64,000 nt of DNA from an uncultured delta proteobacterium. Its GTDB lineage: Bacteria; Myxococcota; Myxococcia; SLRQ01. The stretch lies in the NCBI GenBank assembly GCA_963727485.1, contig CAVSGM010000003.1, positions 192,001 to 256,000 of the forward strand. The letters are read 5' to 3'. Position 1 is the first letter of the stretch. The number at the start of each line of letters is the position of its first letter. The notes beneath the pieces were generated by a model that saw only the letters and a program-made list of their open reading frames with translations, was not told where the DNA came from and did no database searches. Of the stretch, positions 17,068 to 25,641 are shown in pieces. A program made the translations under genes and the position numbers.

Positions 17068-18335
17068 GTGACCGCACGCAAGCGCAGACCGGTGTCCGGG
17101 CCGCGCGCCGGCCCGTCCGCCGACGACGACCGGACCTCCGGCGACCGGACCTCCGGCGACCGGACCTCCGGCGACCGGGCCTCCGGCGACCGGCCTCCGG
17201 CGACCGGGCCTCCGGCGACCGGGCCCGGGTCGCCGCCGCCCGCCGGGTGGTGGTGAAGATCGGCTCCGGGGTCCTCACCCGCGAGGGCCGCTTCGCCGGC
17301 GACGTCCTCTCGCGCCTCGCCCGGGAGCTCGCCGAGGCCCGGGCCGCCGGCCGCCAGCTCGTCGTGGTCTCCTCGGGGGCCATCGCCCTGGGCGTCGACG
17401 TCCTCGGCCTCCCGCGCCGCCCCCGGGACATCGCCGGTCTCCAGGCCGCCGCCGCCGTGGGCCAGGCCCGCCTGGTGGATCGCTGGTCCCGGGCCTTCGC
17501 CCGTCACGGGGCGCTGGCCGCCCAGGTCCTCCTCACCCACGCCGACCTCCACGCCCGCACCCGCTACCTCGCCGCCCGCCACACCCTCGGCCGGCTCCTC
17601 CTCCAGGGCGCCATCCCCGTGATCAACGAGAACGACTCGGTGGCCGTCGAGGAGATCCGGGTGGGGGACAACGACCTCCTCGCGGGCCTGGTCACCGGCC
17701 TGGTGGGCGCGGACCTGCTGGTGCTCCTCACCGACATCGACGGCGTCTACACCGGCGACCCCCGGGTCGACCCCGACGCCCGGCGCCTCGGGGCCATCGA
17801 CCCCGCCGACCCCGCCGTCCGCGCCGCCGCCCGGCGCACCCGCACCGCCGTGGGCACCGGGGGCATGGCCACCAAGGTCCGCGCCGCCGCCATGGCCGCC
17901 GACCTCGGCGTCCCCGCGGTCATCGCCGGCGGCCGCCGGCGGGGCGTCCTCGCCCGGGTCCTCGCCGGCGACGACGAGGGCACCCTGGTCCGCGCCGGCG
18001 CCGCCCGCCTCACCGGCCGCAAGGGCTGGCTGGCCCACGCCACCCGCCCCCGGGGCCGGGTCGTCGTCGACGCCGGTGCCCGCCGCGCCCTGGAGGAGCA
18101 CCACTCGAGCCTGCTGCCCTCCGGCGTCCGCGCCGTCGAGGGCCGCTTCGACGAGGGCGACCCGGTCACCGTGGTCGACGAGGCCGGCGCGGTCTTCGCC
18201 GTGGGCCTCACCAGCTACGGCGCCGAGGCCCTGCGCCGCATCGCCGGCCGCCGCACCTCGGAGATCGCCGGCATCCTGGGCTTCCGGACCCTGGACGAGG
18301 TCATCCACCGCGACGACCTGGTCCTGACCGGCTGA
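17068..18335 (+). CDS. proB: Glutamate 5-kinase with repeat-containing N-terminal extension, one indel in the repeat
   Basis: VVVKIGSGVL, VSSGA, INENDSV, GDNDLLA, GTGGMATK, PUA domain, EVIHRDDLV. Confidence 0.95.
17128..17225 (+). repeat. 15-bp tandem repeat gaccgg(a/g)cctccggc, about 6 units, encoding DR(T/A)SG
   Basis: Read directly; one unit is 14 bp. Confidence 0.9.
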
Positions 18336-18388
18336 CCCCGGGGCGCCCCCGTCTTTACAGACGCCCGCCCGCCGCCGATCATCCCACG

Positions 18389-18873
18389 ATGCCCGACTCC
18401 GCGCCGCTTCCGCCCTTCACTCGCTGGCCGGTGCAGCACCACGACCCGCGCTTCGGCTACGCCTGGTACTGCGGCGCCGGCGTGATCGTGGCTCAGGTCA
18501 CCGTGGAGCACGGCACCGAGGCGGCCGCCACCGCCTACCACGACTACGAGTCGGGCGCCCTGGAGACCCACGCCGCCGATATCGACGCCCACGGAGGCAT
18601 CTTCGTCATCCACGACTGGCGGGTGGTGACCACCTACGACAAGGGCGCCCGCCACATCTGGCAGGAGCGGATGAAGGCCCGACCCCGGGGATATCTTCGG
18701 GCTCGGTGGTCTGCGTGGCGTCGGCCAAGCCCCTGCTGCGGATGGCGGTCCAGGCGGTGAACCTCTTCTCCACCCTGGCCTACGGCGCGGGCATCGAGCT
18801 CTCCACGGATCTCGACGCGGTGCTCGCGACCCAGGGCCTCTCGGCGGCGTCGGGCCCGCGCGCCGCCGGCTGA
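18389..18873 (+). CDS. Hypothetical protein, possibly STAS/SEC14-like, frameshift near 18705
   Basis: IFVIHDWRVVTTYDKGAR..., continues in shifted frame PLLRMAVQAVNLF to TGA 18871-18873. Confidence 0.6.
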
Positions 18874-18910
18874 CGGCCTGGCCCCCGGCCGTCGGGGTGT
18901 CCCCGGCACC

Positions 18911-19051
18911 GTCGATTGCAGCACGATGGGATACACGGTGCCCCCCGGGGCCTGGGGTCCTCTGGCTGCGTCACGCTGTATCCCATTGTGTGGCGATCGA
19001 CCCTGGTGACGTACGACGTCGCCCAACGTGACCAGGCCAGAGGGGTCCAGG
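18911..19051. repeat. TGGGATAC-core element, copy D (18911-18942, +) and copy B (18951-19051, -), inverted relative to each other
   Basis: gtcgattgcagcacgatgggatac vs reverse complement gtcgatcgccacacaatgggatac; copy B has imperfect terminal inverted repeats cctggggtcctctggctgcgtcacg ... cgtgaccaggccagaggggtccagg. Confidence 0.85.
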
Positions 19052-19126
19052 GGAGGCCCCGGCAGACCCGTGTCAGACCCCCCGCGTAGGGTGCGCCTCC
19101 TTCCACCCCCAGCCGAGGAGGACCCG

Positions 19127-19369
19127 ATGCCCCGCCGTCGCCGCCGGACCCCGCAGTACGCCTTCCGCCTCTCCGACGACCTCATCCGCCGCATCGACAC
19201 ATACGCGGCGCGGCTCCAGCAGAGCCTGCCGGTGGTGCGCGTGACCCGGTCGATGGCCCTGCGGACCCTGCTCGCCGAGGCCGTGGCGGAGCTCGATCCC
19301 CTGGATGAGGGGCTCCGGCGGGGCGCGCGCCCCCACTTCCCCGACGCCGAGCGGGCCGACCTCGCGTGA
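19127..19369 (+). CDS. Ribbon-helix-helix (CopG/Arc-like) DNA-binding protein
   Basis: SD GAGGAGG before ATG; strand QYAFRL, helix SDDLIRRIDTYAARL, helix TRSMALRTLLAEAV. Confidence 0.72.
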   Translation: MPRRRRRTPQYAFRLSDDLIRRIDTYAARLQQSLPVVRVTRSMALRTLLAEAVAELDPLDEGLRRGARPHFPDAERADLA

Positions 19370-19530
19370 GGCGGCTCGTCCACGTGGCCCTGCCGGCCAT
19401 CCACGTGGAGCGGCTGGACCGCTACCGGCGGGGGATGGGGCGGATGCGGGGGCTCACCCTCAATCGTACCGATGCCCTCCGGGCGCTGGTGGGGCACGCC
19501 CTCACCCGGCAGGGCATCGGGCACGATCCC
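19366..19530 (+). CDS. Second RHH-like paralog; 3' end unresolved (no stop before proA)
   Basis: GTGA overlap with previous stop; LVHVALPAIHVERLDRYRR..LTLNRTDALRALVGHAL parallels RHH1. Confidence 0.55.
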
Positions 19531-19624
19531 CCGCCGCCACCGTCGCCGGCCCGGCCGCCCAGGCGGCAGATGCAGAGGCGCAGGTTGGACCGACGGTGGT
19601 TCCGGGCTGTGGTATACGGCGGCC

Positions 19625-20902
19625 GTGGAACCGACACCCGAGCTCGAAGCATCGGTGCGCCGGCAGGCGGAGGCCGCCCGCGCGTCGGTGGTGGCCCTGC
19701 GGACGGCCACCACCGAGACCAAGAACCTCGCCCTGGAGGCGATGGCCGCCGCCCTGGAGTCCCACACGGACCCGATCCTCGAGGCGAACCGGGCGGATCT
19801 CGAGGCGGCGGAGGCCGCCGGTACGACCGGGGCGCTCCTGGACCGGCTGGCCCTCGACCCGGACCGGGTCGTGGCGATGGCCGCGGGGCTGCGGGACGTG
19901 GCCCGGCTCCCGGATCCGGTGGGGCAGCTCGAGGACGAGCAGATCCGGCCCAACGGCCTCCGGGTCGCCCGGATGCGGGTGCCGCTGGGCCTGGTGGCGA
20001 TGATCTACGAGGCCCGGCCGGGGGTGACCGCCGACGCGGCGGCCCTCGCCCTGAAGTCGGGGAACGCGGTGGTGCTCCGCGGGGGGACGGAGGCCCACCG
20101 GTCGAACCGGGCCATCGCCGACGCCCTGGGCGAGGCCCTCGAGGCCTCGGGGCTTCCGGCGGCGGCGGTGACGCTCCTCGAGGAGACGGACCGGGCGGCG
20201 ATCCTGGCCCTGGTGCGCCTGACGGGGCTGGTGGATCTGGTCATCCCCCGGGGCGGCGAGGGGCTCATCGGCTTCGTCACCGAGCATGCCCGGGTCCCGG
20301 TGGTGCAGCACTACAAGGGCGTGTGCCACGTCTACGTCGACGCCGCGGCCAACCTCCCGAAGGCCAAAGCGATCGTGGTCAACGCCAAGACCCAGCGGCC
20401 GGGGGTGTGCAACGCCATGGAGTGCCTCCTGGTGCACCGGCTGGTCGCCGACGACTTCCTCCGACAGGTGGGCGAGGCGCTGGCCGCCGAGGGCGTGTCC
20501 CTCCACGCGGACCCCAGGGCCCTCCAGTACCTGGAGGCGATCCCCCACGTGCGGCCGGCGACCCCGGCGGACTGGGGCAAGGAGTTCCTCGACCGGGTCG
20601 CGGCGGTGAAGGTGGTGGACAGCCTCGACGACGCCATCGCCCACGTGGCCCGCTACGGCTCGAACCACACCGAGGCCATCGTCACCGAGGACCGGGCCGC
20701 CGCCCAGCGGTGGATGCGCGAGGTGGACGCCTCGTGCGTGCTGGTGAACGCCTCCACGCGGTTCAACGACGGGGGGGAGCTCGGCCTCGGCGCCGAGATG
20801 GGCATCTCCACCACCAAGATCCACGCTTACGGGCCCATGGGTCTGGAGGCCCTGACCACCCGGAAGTTCGTGGTGGTCGGCGACGGCCAGGTGCGAAGCT
20901 AG
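19625..20902 (+). CDS. proA: Gamma-glutamyl phosphate reductase
   Basis: RVPLGLVAMIYEARP, KSGNAVVLRGG, GVCNAME, NASTRFNDGGELGLGAEMGISTTKIHAYGPMG. Confidence 0.96.
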   Translation: MEPTPELEASVRRQAEAARASVVALRTATTETKNLALEAMAAALESHTDPILEANRADLEAAEAAGTTGALLDRLALDPDRVVAMAAGLRDVARLPDPVGQLEDEQIRPNGLRVARMRVPLGLVAMIYEARPGVTADAAALALKSGNAVVLRGGTEAHRSNRAIADALGEALEASGLPAAAVTLLEETDRAAILALVRLTGLVDLVIPRGGEGLIGFVTEHARVPVVQHYKGVCHVYVDAAANLPKAKAIVVNAKTQRPGVCNAMECLLVHRLVADDFLRQVGEALAAEGVSLHADPRALQYLEAIPHVRPATPADWGKEFLDRVAAVKVVDSLDDAIAHVARYGSNHTEAIVTEDRAAAQRWMREVDASCVLVNASTRFNDGGELGLGAEMGISTTKIHAYGPMGLEALTTRKFVVVGDGQVRS

Positions 20903-20921
20903 ATCCCTCGTACTAGACTGG

Positions 20922-21347
20922 ATGACCATGGGTCGAGCAAAGCCAGCAGAGCACACGACGGACGGGACCAGGCCAGCCCCCCTCGCAGGGGAGGAGCTGG
21001 CCCTCAAGATCGCGGAGGTCGCCGTCGACAAGAAGGCGGACTCGATCACCGTCCTCGATGTCCGGGGGCTGACCAGCTACGTCGACTACTTCGTGATCCT
21101 CGGCGGCACCAGCGACCGGCAGGTGCTGGCCCTGAGCGACGCGGTGGTCCAGGCCCTCAAGGCGGTGGGCACCCGGGCCAGCGGCGTCGAGGGCCGGGAG
21201 ACCGGCACCTGGGTGCTGGTCGACTACGGCGACGTCATCGTCCATGCCATGCACGACGACGCCCGGGCCTTCTACGACCTCGAGGGTCTGTGGGCCGACG
21301 CCCCGCGGGTGGACGTCCCGGGCGCCCCCGAGCCCCGGGCCTTCTAG
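20922..21347 (+). CDS. rsfS: Ribosome silencing factor
   Basis: DKKADSITVLDV, DYFVI, WVLVDYGDVIVH, RAFYDLEGLW. Confidence 0.95.
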   Translation: MTMGRAKPAEHTTDGTRPAPLAGEELALKIAEVAVDKKADSITVLDVRGLTSYVDYFVILGGTSDRQVLALSDAVVQALKAVGTRASGVEGRETGTWVLVDYGDVIVHAMHDDARAFYDLEGLWADAPRVDVPGAPEPRAF

Positions 21348-21358
21348 GGCCGGACGCC

Positions 21359-21817
21359 GTGCGGTTGCGGGTGGTGTCGGTGGGGCGCGACCGCTCCGGG
21401 CTCTTCCAGCCGGCGGTCGACACCTACGCCGGCCGCCTGAGACGCTACCTCCCCTTCGAGCTGGTGGAGCTGCCGGCCTCCCGGGTCCGGGAGCCGGTGC
21501 GGGCCCGGGACGAGGAGGCCACGCGGATCCTCGCCGCGGTGGGCCCGGACCGCCGCCTGGTGGCCCTCGACGTCGGAGGCAAGCGCCTGTCGAGCGAGGC
21601 CCTCGCCGAGCGGGTGAACCGCTGGATGGTCGCCGGCCAGGATGTGGACCTGGTCGTCGGCGGCGACGAGGGCCTCGGCGACGCGGTTCGGGCCCGGGCG
21701 GCGCTGACCCTCTCGCTGGGCCCGATGACCCTCCCGCACCGCCTCGCCCGGGTGGTGCTGGTGGAGCAGCTGTACCGGGCGCTGACCATCGTCCGCGGGG
21801 AGCCGTACCACAAGTAG
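21359..21817 (+). CDS. rlmH: 23S rRNA pseudouridine-1915 N3-methyltransferase
   Basis: LDVGGKRLSSE, VGGDEGL, LSLGPMTLPHRLARVVLVEQLYRA..PYHK; follows rsfS. Confidence 0.95.
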   Translation: MRLRVVSVGRDRSGLFQPAVDTYAGRLRRYLPFELVELPASRVREPVRARDEEATRILAAVGPDRRLVALDVGGKRLSSEALAERVNRWMVAGQDVDLVVGGDEGLGDAVRARAALTLSLGPMTLPHRLARVVLVEQLYRALTIVRGEPYHK

Positions 21818-21965
21818 GCGCGATGCCGGACGCGGCGGTCCGGTGGCCGGACGGCCGGTCCGGGGGCGGCCCGGGCGCATCGGCGGCGCGGGCGCATCGG
21901 CGGCGGCGGGCGTGCGCGGGCGGCCGGCGGGCCGGGGTGGCCCCGTCCTTGCTGGGGTCGGCCCC

Positions 21966-22865
21966 ATGGACCGCCCCGTCCCCGAGCGGATCGCCGCCGC
22001 CTGCCTCGATCTCCTCTACCCGCCCCACTGCGTGGCCTGCGACGCGCGCCTGGGACCCGGGCAGGGGCCGGTGACCGAGGCCTTCTGCCTCGAGTGCGCC
22101 CTGGGCCTGGAGCCGGTGCCGGCGGGCGCCTGCGCCCGGTGCGCCGACCCCGCGGTCGCGGGCAGCGCGGTCGCGGGCAGCGCGGTCGCGGGCAGCGCGG
22201 TCGCGGGCGGCGCGCTCGGGAGCGGCGCGGTTGCCGGGAGCGCCGCCGCGCCCGGACGGCTCTGCGCGCGGTGTCGGCGGGCGCCCCCGGGGTTCGGCGC
22301 GGTCCTCGCCGTGGGCCTCCACGGGGGGCCGCTCCTCGAGGCCATCCACGCCCTCAAGTACGACCGGAAGCCCCACCTCGTCGGGCCCCTCGCCCGGCTG
22401 ATGGTCGCCCGGGTCCTGCGGGAGGTCGGGGCGGGCGCGCTGGGAGCCGCCGGCGGGGCGGCCGGCGCCTCCGGGGTAGGGCACCCCGAGGGCGGCCCGG
22501 GGGCCCCGCCGGTGGTGGTGGTGCCGGTGCCCCTGCACCCGGCGCGGCTCCGGGAGCGGGGCTTCGACCAGGCCGAGCACCTCGCGGCGGCCCTCGCCCG
22601 GGGGATCCACCGGCCGATCTTCCCCTCGGCCCTGTGGCGGCGGCGACCGACGGTGCCCCAGGCGAGCCTCGGCCGGGCGGCCCGGGCGGTGAACCTCGAG
22701 GGCGCGTTCGCCGCCACCCGCCAGGCCCGGCGGGTCCGGGGGACCCAGGTGCTCCTGGTCGACGACGTGCTCACCACCGGGGCCACCGCCGCCGCCGCCG
22801 CCGCGCCCCTCGTGGCCGCCGGGGCGGCGGGGGTCACCGTGGTCGTCCTCGCCCGCGCCGACTAA
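21966..22865 (+). CDS. comF: ComF family protein (double zinc ribbon plus PRTase)
   Basis: LLYPPHCVAC, CxxC pairs, VPVPLH..RERGFDQA, VLLVDDVLTTGAT. Confidence 0.9.
   Translation: MDRPVPERIAAACLDLLYPPHCVACDARLGPGQGPVTEAFCLECALGLEPVPAGACARCADPAVAGSAVAGSAVAGSAVAGGALGSGAVAGSAAAPGRLCARCRRAPPGFGAVLAVGLHGGPLLEAIHALKYDRKPHLVGPLARLMVARVLREVGAGALGAAGGAAGASGVGHPEGGPGAPPVVVVPVPLHPARLRERGFDQAEHLAAALARGIHRPIFPSALWRRRPTVPQASLGRAARAVNLEGAFAATRQARRVRGTQVLLVDDVLTTGATAAAAAAPLVAAGAAGVTVVVLARAD
22152..22245 (+). repeat. 15-bp tandem repeat gcggtcgcgggcagc encoding AVAGS inside ComF
   Basis: Three exact units plus degenerate units, in frame. Confidence 0.85.
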
Positions 22866-22888
22866 GGCCCGGCGTCCGTGTCGGACCG

Positions 22889-22918
22889 TTGACTACCCCG
22901 TTTCGAGTTCGCTAGGCT
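22889..22918 (+). promoter_or_regulatory. Putative sigma70-type promoter
   Basis: TTGACT-N18-TAGGCT upstream of the lipoprotein gene. Confidence 0.5.
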
Positions 22919-22953
22919 GGGGGTTCGCCATGAGCTTCATGAGAGGTGCTCCG

Positions 22954-24279
22954 ATGTCCGCCCTGCCCAGACTCCGCGCCGGCCTCCCCGGCCTCACCGC
23001 CCTCGCGGCGGTCCTCGTCCTCGCCGCCTGCAACACCACCACGCCCCAGGGCGCCGACGGCGGCACCGACGGCGGTGGCGGGGGCACCGTGGTGTGCACC
23101 AGCAGCGGCGACTGCCCCAGCGCCAAGCCGGTGTGCAGCGGCGGGGTCTGCGTGGCCAAGTCGACCTCGGGCTGCACCAGCGACGCCGACTGCGACGGCG
23201 GCACCTGCAACACCCTCACCGGCCAGTGCTCCGGCGGCAACGGGGGCACCAGCTGCACCAAGCCCTCCGACTGCGCGTCCAACCAGGTGTGCAGCAACGG
23301 CACCTGCACCACCAGCGGCGGGACCAGCTGCACCACCGCCAACGACTGCCAGGTCAACGAGATCTGCAGCCAGGGCACCTGCGTCGCCTACGACGCCAAC
23401 GCCGCCTGCACCTCCGACGCCGACTGCCCCCGGGACCACGTGTGCAACACCCTGGGCGGCACCTGCCAGGGCTGCCTCAACGACAACTCCTGCGTGGGCA
23501 GCGCCAACGGGCCCAAGTGCGACACCGGCGACGGCGTCGGCCCGGGCGCCGGCTACTGCTACAAGCAGTGCGGTGCCGACGTGAACCGCGACTGCCCCCA
23601 GGGCCAGTACTGCGACGCCTCCAAGGGCGGCCTCTGCGTCCCCTCCTGCACCACCAACGCCGACTGCACCGGCGGCCTCATCTGCAAGGGCAGCCCCGGT
23701 CAGTGCCAGCCCTGCACCGCCGACACCCAGTGCGACCTGGGCATGGTCTGCGACTCCTCGGGCGCCTGCGTGAACAAGCCCACCTGCACCGACACCCAGT
23801 GCCAGGGCCTCGGCCAGGCGTACTACTGCGACGCCACCAGCCAGACCTGCCAGCTCGGGTGCTCGGCGTCCGGGTGCTCCGGGGCGACCAAGGACTGCAA
23901 CCCCTGCCCCGCGGGCCAGACCTGCGACACCACCACCCACGCCTGCTCCGGCGGCACCACCTGCGACTGCACCAGCCTCAACTGCGGCGCCCAGGGCATG
24001 ATCTGCGACTCCAACAGCTGCGCCTGCGTGAGCACCGGCGGCGGTGGCGGCGGCGGCGGCGGGGGGGGCGGCGCCGAGGGGTCCTCGTGCCTCCAGGACA
24101 GCGACTGCCAGTCGGGCCTCGGCTGCTACGGTGCGATCTCCTCGATTGGGATCCCCGGGACCTGCACCCAGGTGTGCAACCAGGCCAGCTTCTGCCTCTG
24201 CCCGGGCACCAAGCAGTGCCTCAACAGCCTGGGCTCCATCGCCCTGTGCGCCCTGGGCATGGAAGGGCAGTGCAAGTAG
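22954..24279 (+). CDS. Large Cys-rich repeat lipoprotein
   Basis: Lipobox LAA-C; repeated C-x4-DC-x5-C modules; Gly-rich linkers. Confidence 0.85.
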   Translation: MSALPRLRAGLPGLTALAAVLVLAACNTTTPQGADGGTDGGGGGTVVCTSSGDCPSAKPVCSGGVCVAKSTSGCTSDADCDGGTCNTLTGQCSGGNGGTSCTKPSDCASNQVCSNGTCTTSGGTSCTTANDCQVNEICSQGTCVAYDANAACTSDADCPRDHVCNTLGGTCQGCLNDNSCVGSANGPKCDTGDGVGPGAGYCYKQCGADVNRDCPQGQYCDASKGGLCVPSCTTNADCTGGLICKGSPGQCQPCTADTQCDLGMVCDSSGACVNKPTCTDTQCQGLGQAYYCDATSQTCQLGCSASGCSGATKDCNPCPAGQTCDTTTHACSGGTTCDCTSLNCGAQGMICDSNSCACVSTGGGGGGGGGGGGAEGSSCLQDSDCQSGLGCYGAISSIGIPGTCTQVCNQASFCLCPGTKQCLNSLGSIALCALGMEGQCK

Positions 24280-24287
24280 CAGCGGTC

Positions 24288-24336
24288 TCCCCAGGGAGCG
24301 TGGGGGGCGATCGCTCGACCCCCCATCCCTTGGGGA
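24288..24336 (+). terminator. Stem-loop after the lipoprotein gene
   Basis: tccccaggga..tggggggcga / tcgacccccca..tcccttgggga; no U-tract. Confidence 0.45.
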
Positions 24337-24501
24337 TCCCTGCGGCGGCACGCGCCTGCCGGTGACCGGTTCGCGCTTGGGTGCCCGGCGCCCGGGCGCC
24401 TCCCCGTCCTGCCCCGGCCCCGGCCGGGCTGCGGCCGGCGACCGACATCTTAGCCGCATTACGCGCGGGTCATAAGGTTGTCGTCACCGGTACGAACCTA
24501 T

Positions 24502-24585
24502 CCTTCACTTGCCTAACATTGACCTTCACTTACCCATAATTTAGCTAAAAAAACGTTGACACCTCCCGGGGGCGGCTCCCATAGT
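24502..24585 (+). promoter_or_regulatory. AT-rich promoter region with direct repeat and sigma70-like elements
   Basis: CCTTCACTT(G/A)CC at 24502 and 24523; A-tract; TTGACA(24556)-N18-CATAGT. Confidence 0.6.
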
Positions 24586-24621
24586 GGAAGGGTCTTCAAC
24601 CCTGAACAGGAGGGCCCCTCC

Positions 24622-25032
24622 ATGCCCGCTCGCAAGGCTACTGGCAGGAAGACCGTCAAGCGCAAGGCCGCGGCCAAGAAGGCGACCAAGAAGAAGGCCG
24701 CCAAGAAGAAGGCCACGAAGAAGAAGGCGACCAAGAAGAAGGCCGCCAAGAAGAAGGCCACGAAGAAGAAGGCCGCCAAGAAGAAGGCCACCAAGAAGAA
24801 GGCCACCAAGAAGAAGGCCGCCAAGAAGAAGGCCACCAAGAAGAAGGCCGCCAAGAAGAAGGCCACCAAGAAGAAGGCGACCAAGAAGAAGGCCACCAAG
24901 AAGAAGGCGACCAAGAAGAAGGCCGCCAAGAAGAAGACGGCGAAGAAGAAGGCCACCAAGAAGAAGGCCACGCGCCGCAAGGCCACCAAGCGCAGCGCCT
25001 CCAAGCGCGCGCCGACCGCGGGCCGGGCGTAG
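24622..25032 (+). CDS. Histone H1-like Lys/Ala-rich protein
   Basis: About 20 KKKA(A/T) pentapeptides from a 15-bp repeat; SD AGGAGG; upstream promoter and downstream hairpin. Confidence 0.85.
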   Translation: MPARKATGRKTVKRKAAAKKATKKKAAKKKATKKKATKKKAAKKKATKKKAAKKKATKKKATKKKAAKKKATKKKAAKKKATKKKATKKKATKKKATKKKAAKKKTAKKKATKKKATRRKATKRSASKRAPTAGRA

Positions 25033-25057
25033 CCGCAAGCGCCCCCACCGCGTGTTG

Positions 25058-25087
25058 ACACGGCCCGCCCTTCGAGGCGGGCCGTGT
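25058..25087 (+). terminator. Hairpin terminator after the H1-like gene
   Basis: acacggcccgcc-cttcga-ggcgggccgtgt, 12-bp stem. Confidence 0.6.
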
Positions 25088-25120
25088 TGCTAGGGGCGCG
25101 GCTGTGCTACCCCTCTGGCC

Positions 25121-25630
25121 ATGGCGCTGCCTGCATCCGCCCCGGGGACCGGCACCGGTCCCCCCCGTCGTCGCCTCTGCCTCAGGGGCTCCGTCGGGGT
25201 CCCCTTGAGCCAGGAGACGGCGACCCGCCACCTGGTCCGGGCCTGCGTCTCCGGCGCCCTCGGCCCGGGGCTCCGGGTGGTCCACCGGGACGCCGAGGAG
25301 ATCCGCTTCCGGGCCGCCACCGCCGGGGCCCGGCTCCTGGGGCCGGCCGGGGCGACCCTCACCGTGACCCGGGCCGGGGCCCAGACCGTGGTCGCCTACA
25401 GCGCCGCGGTGTGGGGCGTGGTGCTCCTCGGGGTGCTCCTTGGTGTCGCGGCGGGGATCGGCGCGGGCTGGGGCCTCGCCGGGGTGCCCCGGACCGGGGA
25501 CACCGCCCTCGTCGCCGGCGCCGGCCTCGTCGCCGGGCTGGTGGTCGCCGGGGCCTTCGCCGGCGCCGTGACCCACCACATCCGGGTGCGCTTCGAGACC
25601 CTCCTCCACAACCTGCGCTATCTGAGCTGA
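25121..25630 (+). CDS. Hypothetical membrane protein
   Basis: Two C-terminal hydrophobic helices; fills the gap before NFACT. Confidence 0.55.
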   Translation: MALPASAPGTGTGPPRRRLCLRGSVGVPLSQETATRHLVRACVSGALGPGLRVVHRDAEEIRFRAATAGARLLGPAGATLTVTRAGAQTVVAYSAAVWGVVLLGVLLGVAAGIGAGWGLAGVPRTGDTALVAGAGLVAGLVVAGAFAGAVTHHIRVRFETLLHNLRYLS

Positions 25631-25641
25631 CCGGGTCGGGC

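Noticed and set aside
21872..21910. 17-bp direct repeat cgggcgcatcggcggcg x2 between rlmH and comF
   Set aside because: Local slippage duplication with no other copies seen.
24359..24498. Possible pseudoknot (ccggtgac/gtcaccgg with ggttcg/cgaacc)
   Set aside because: Short GC-rich complementarities are expected by chance; no other support.
17128..25000. CRISPR-like arrays
   Set aside because: Repeats are contiguous 15-mers inside coding frames with no spacers; no cas genes.
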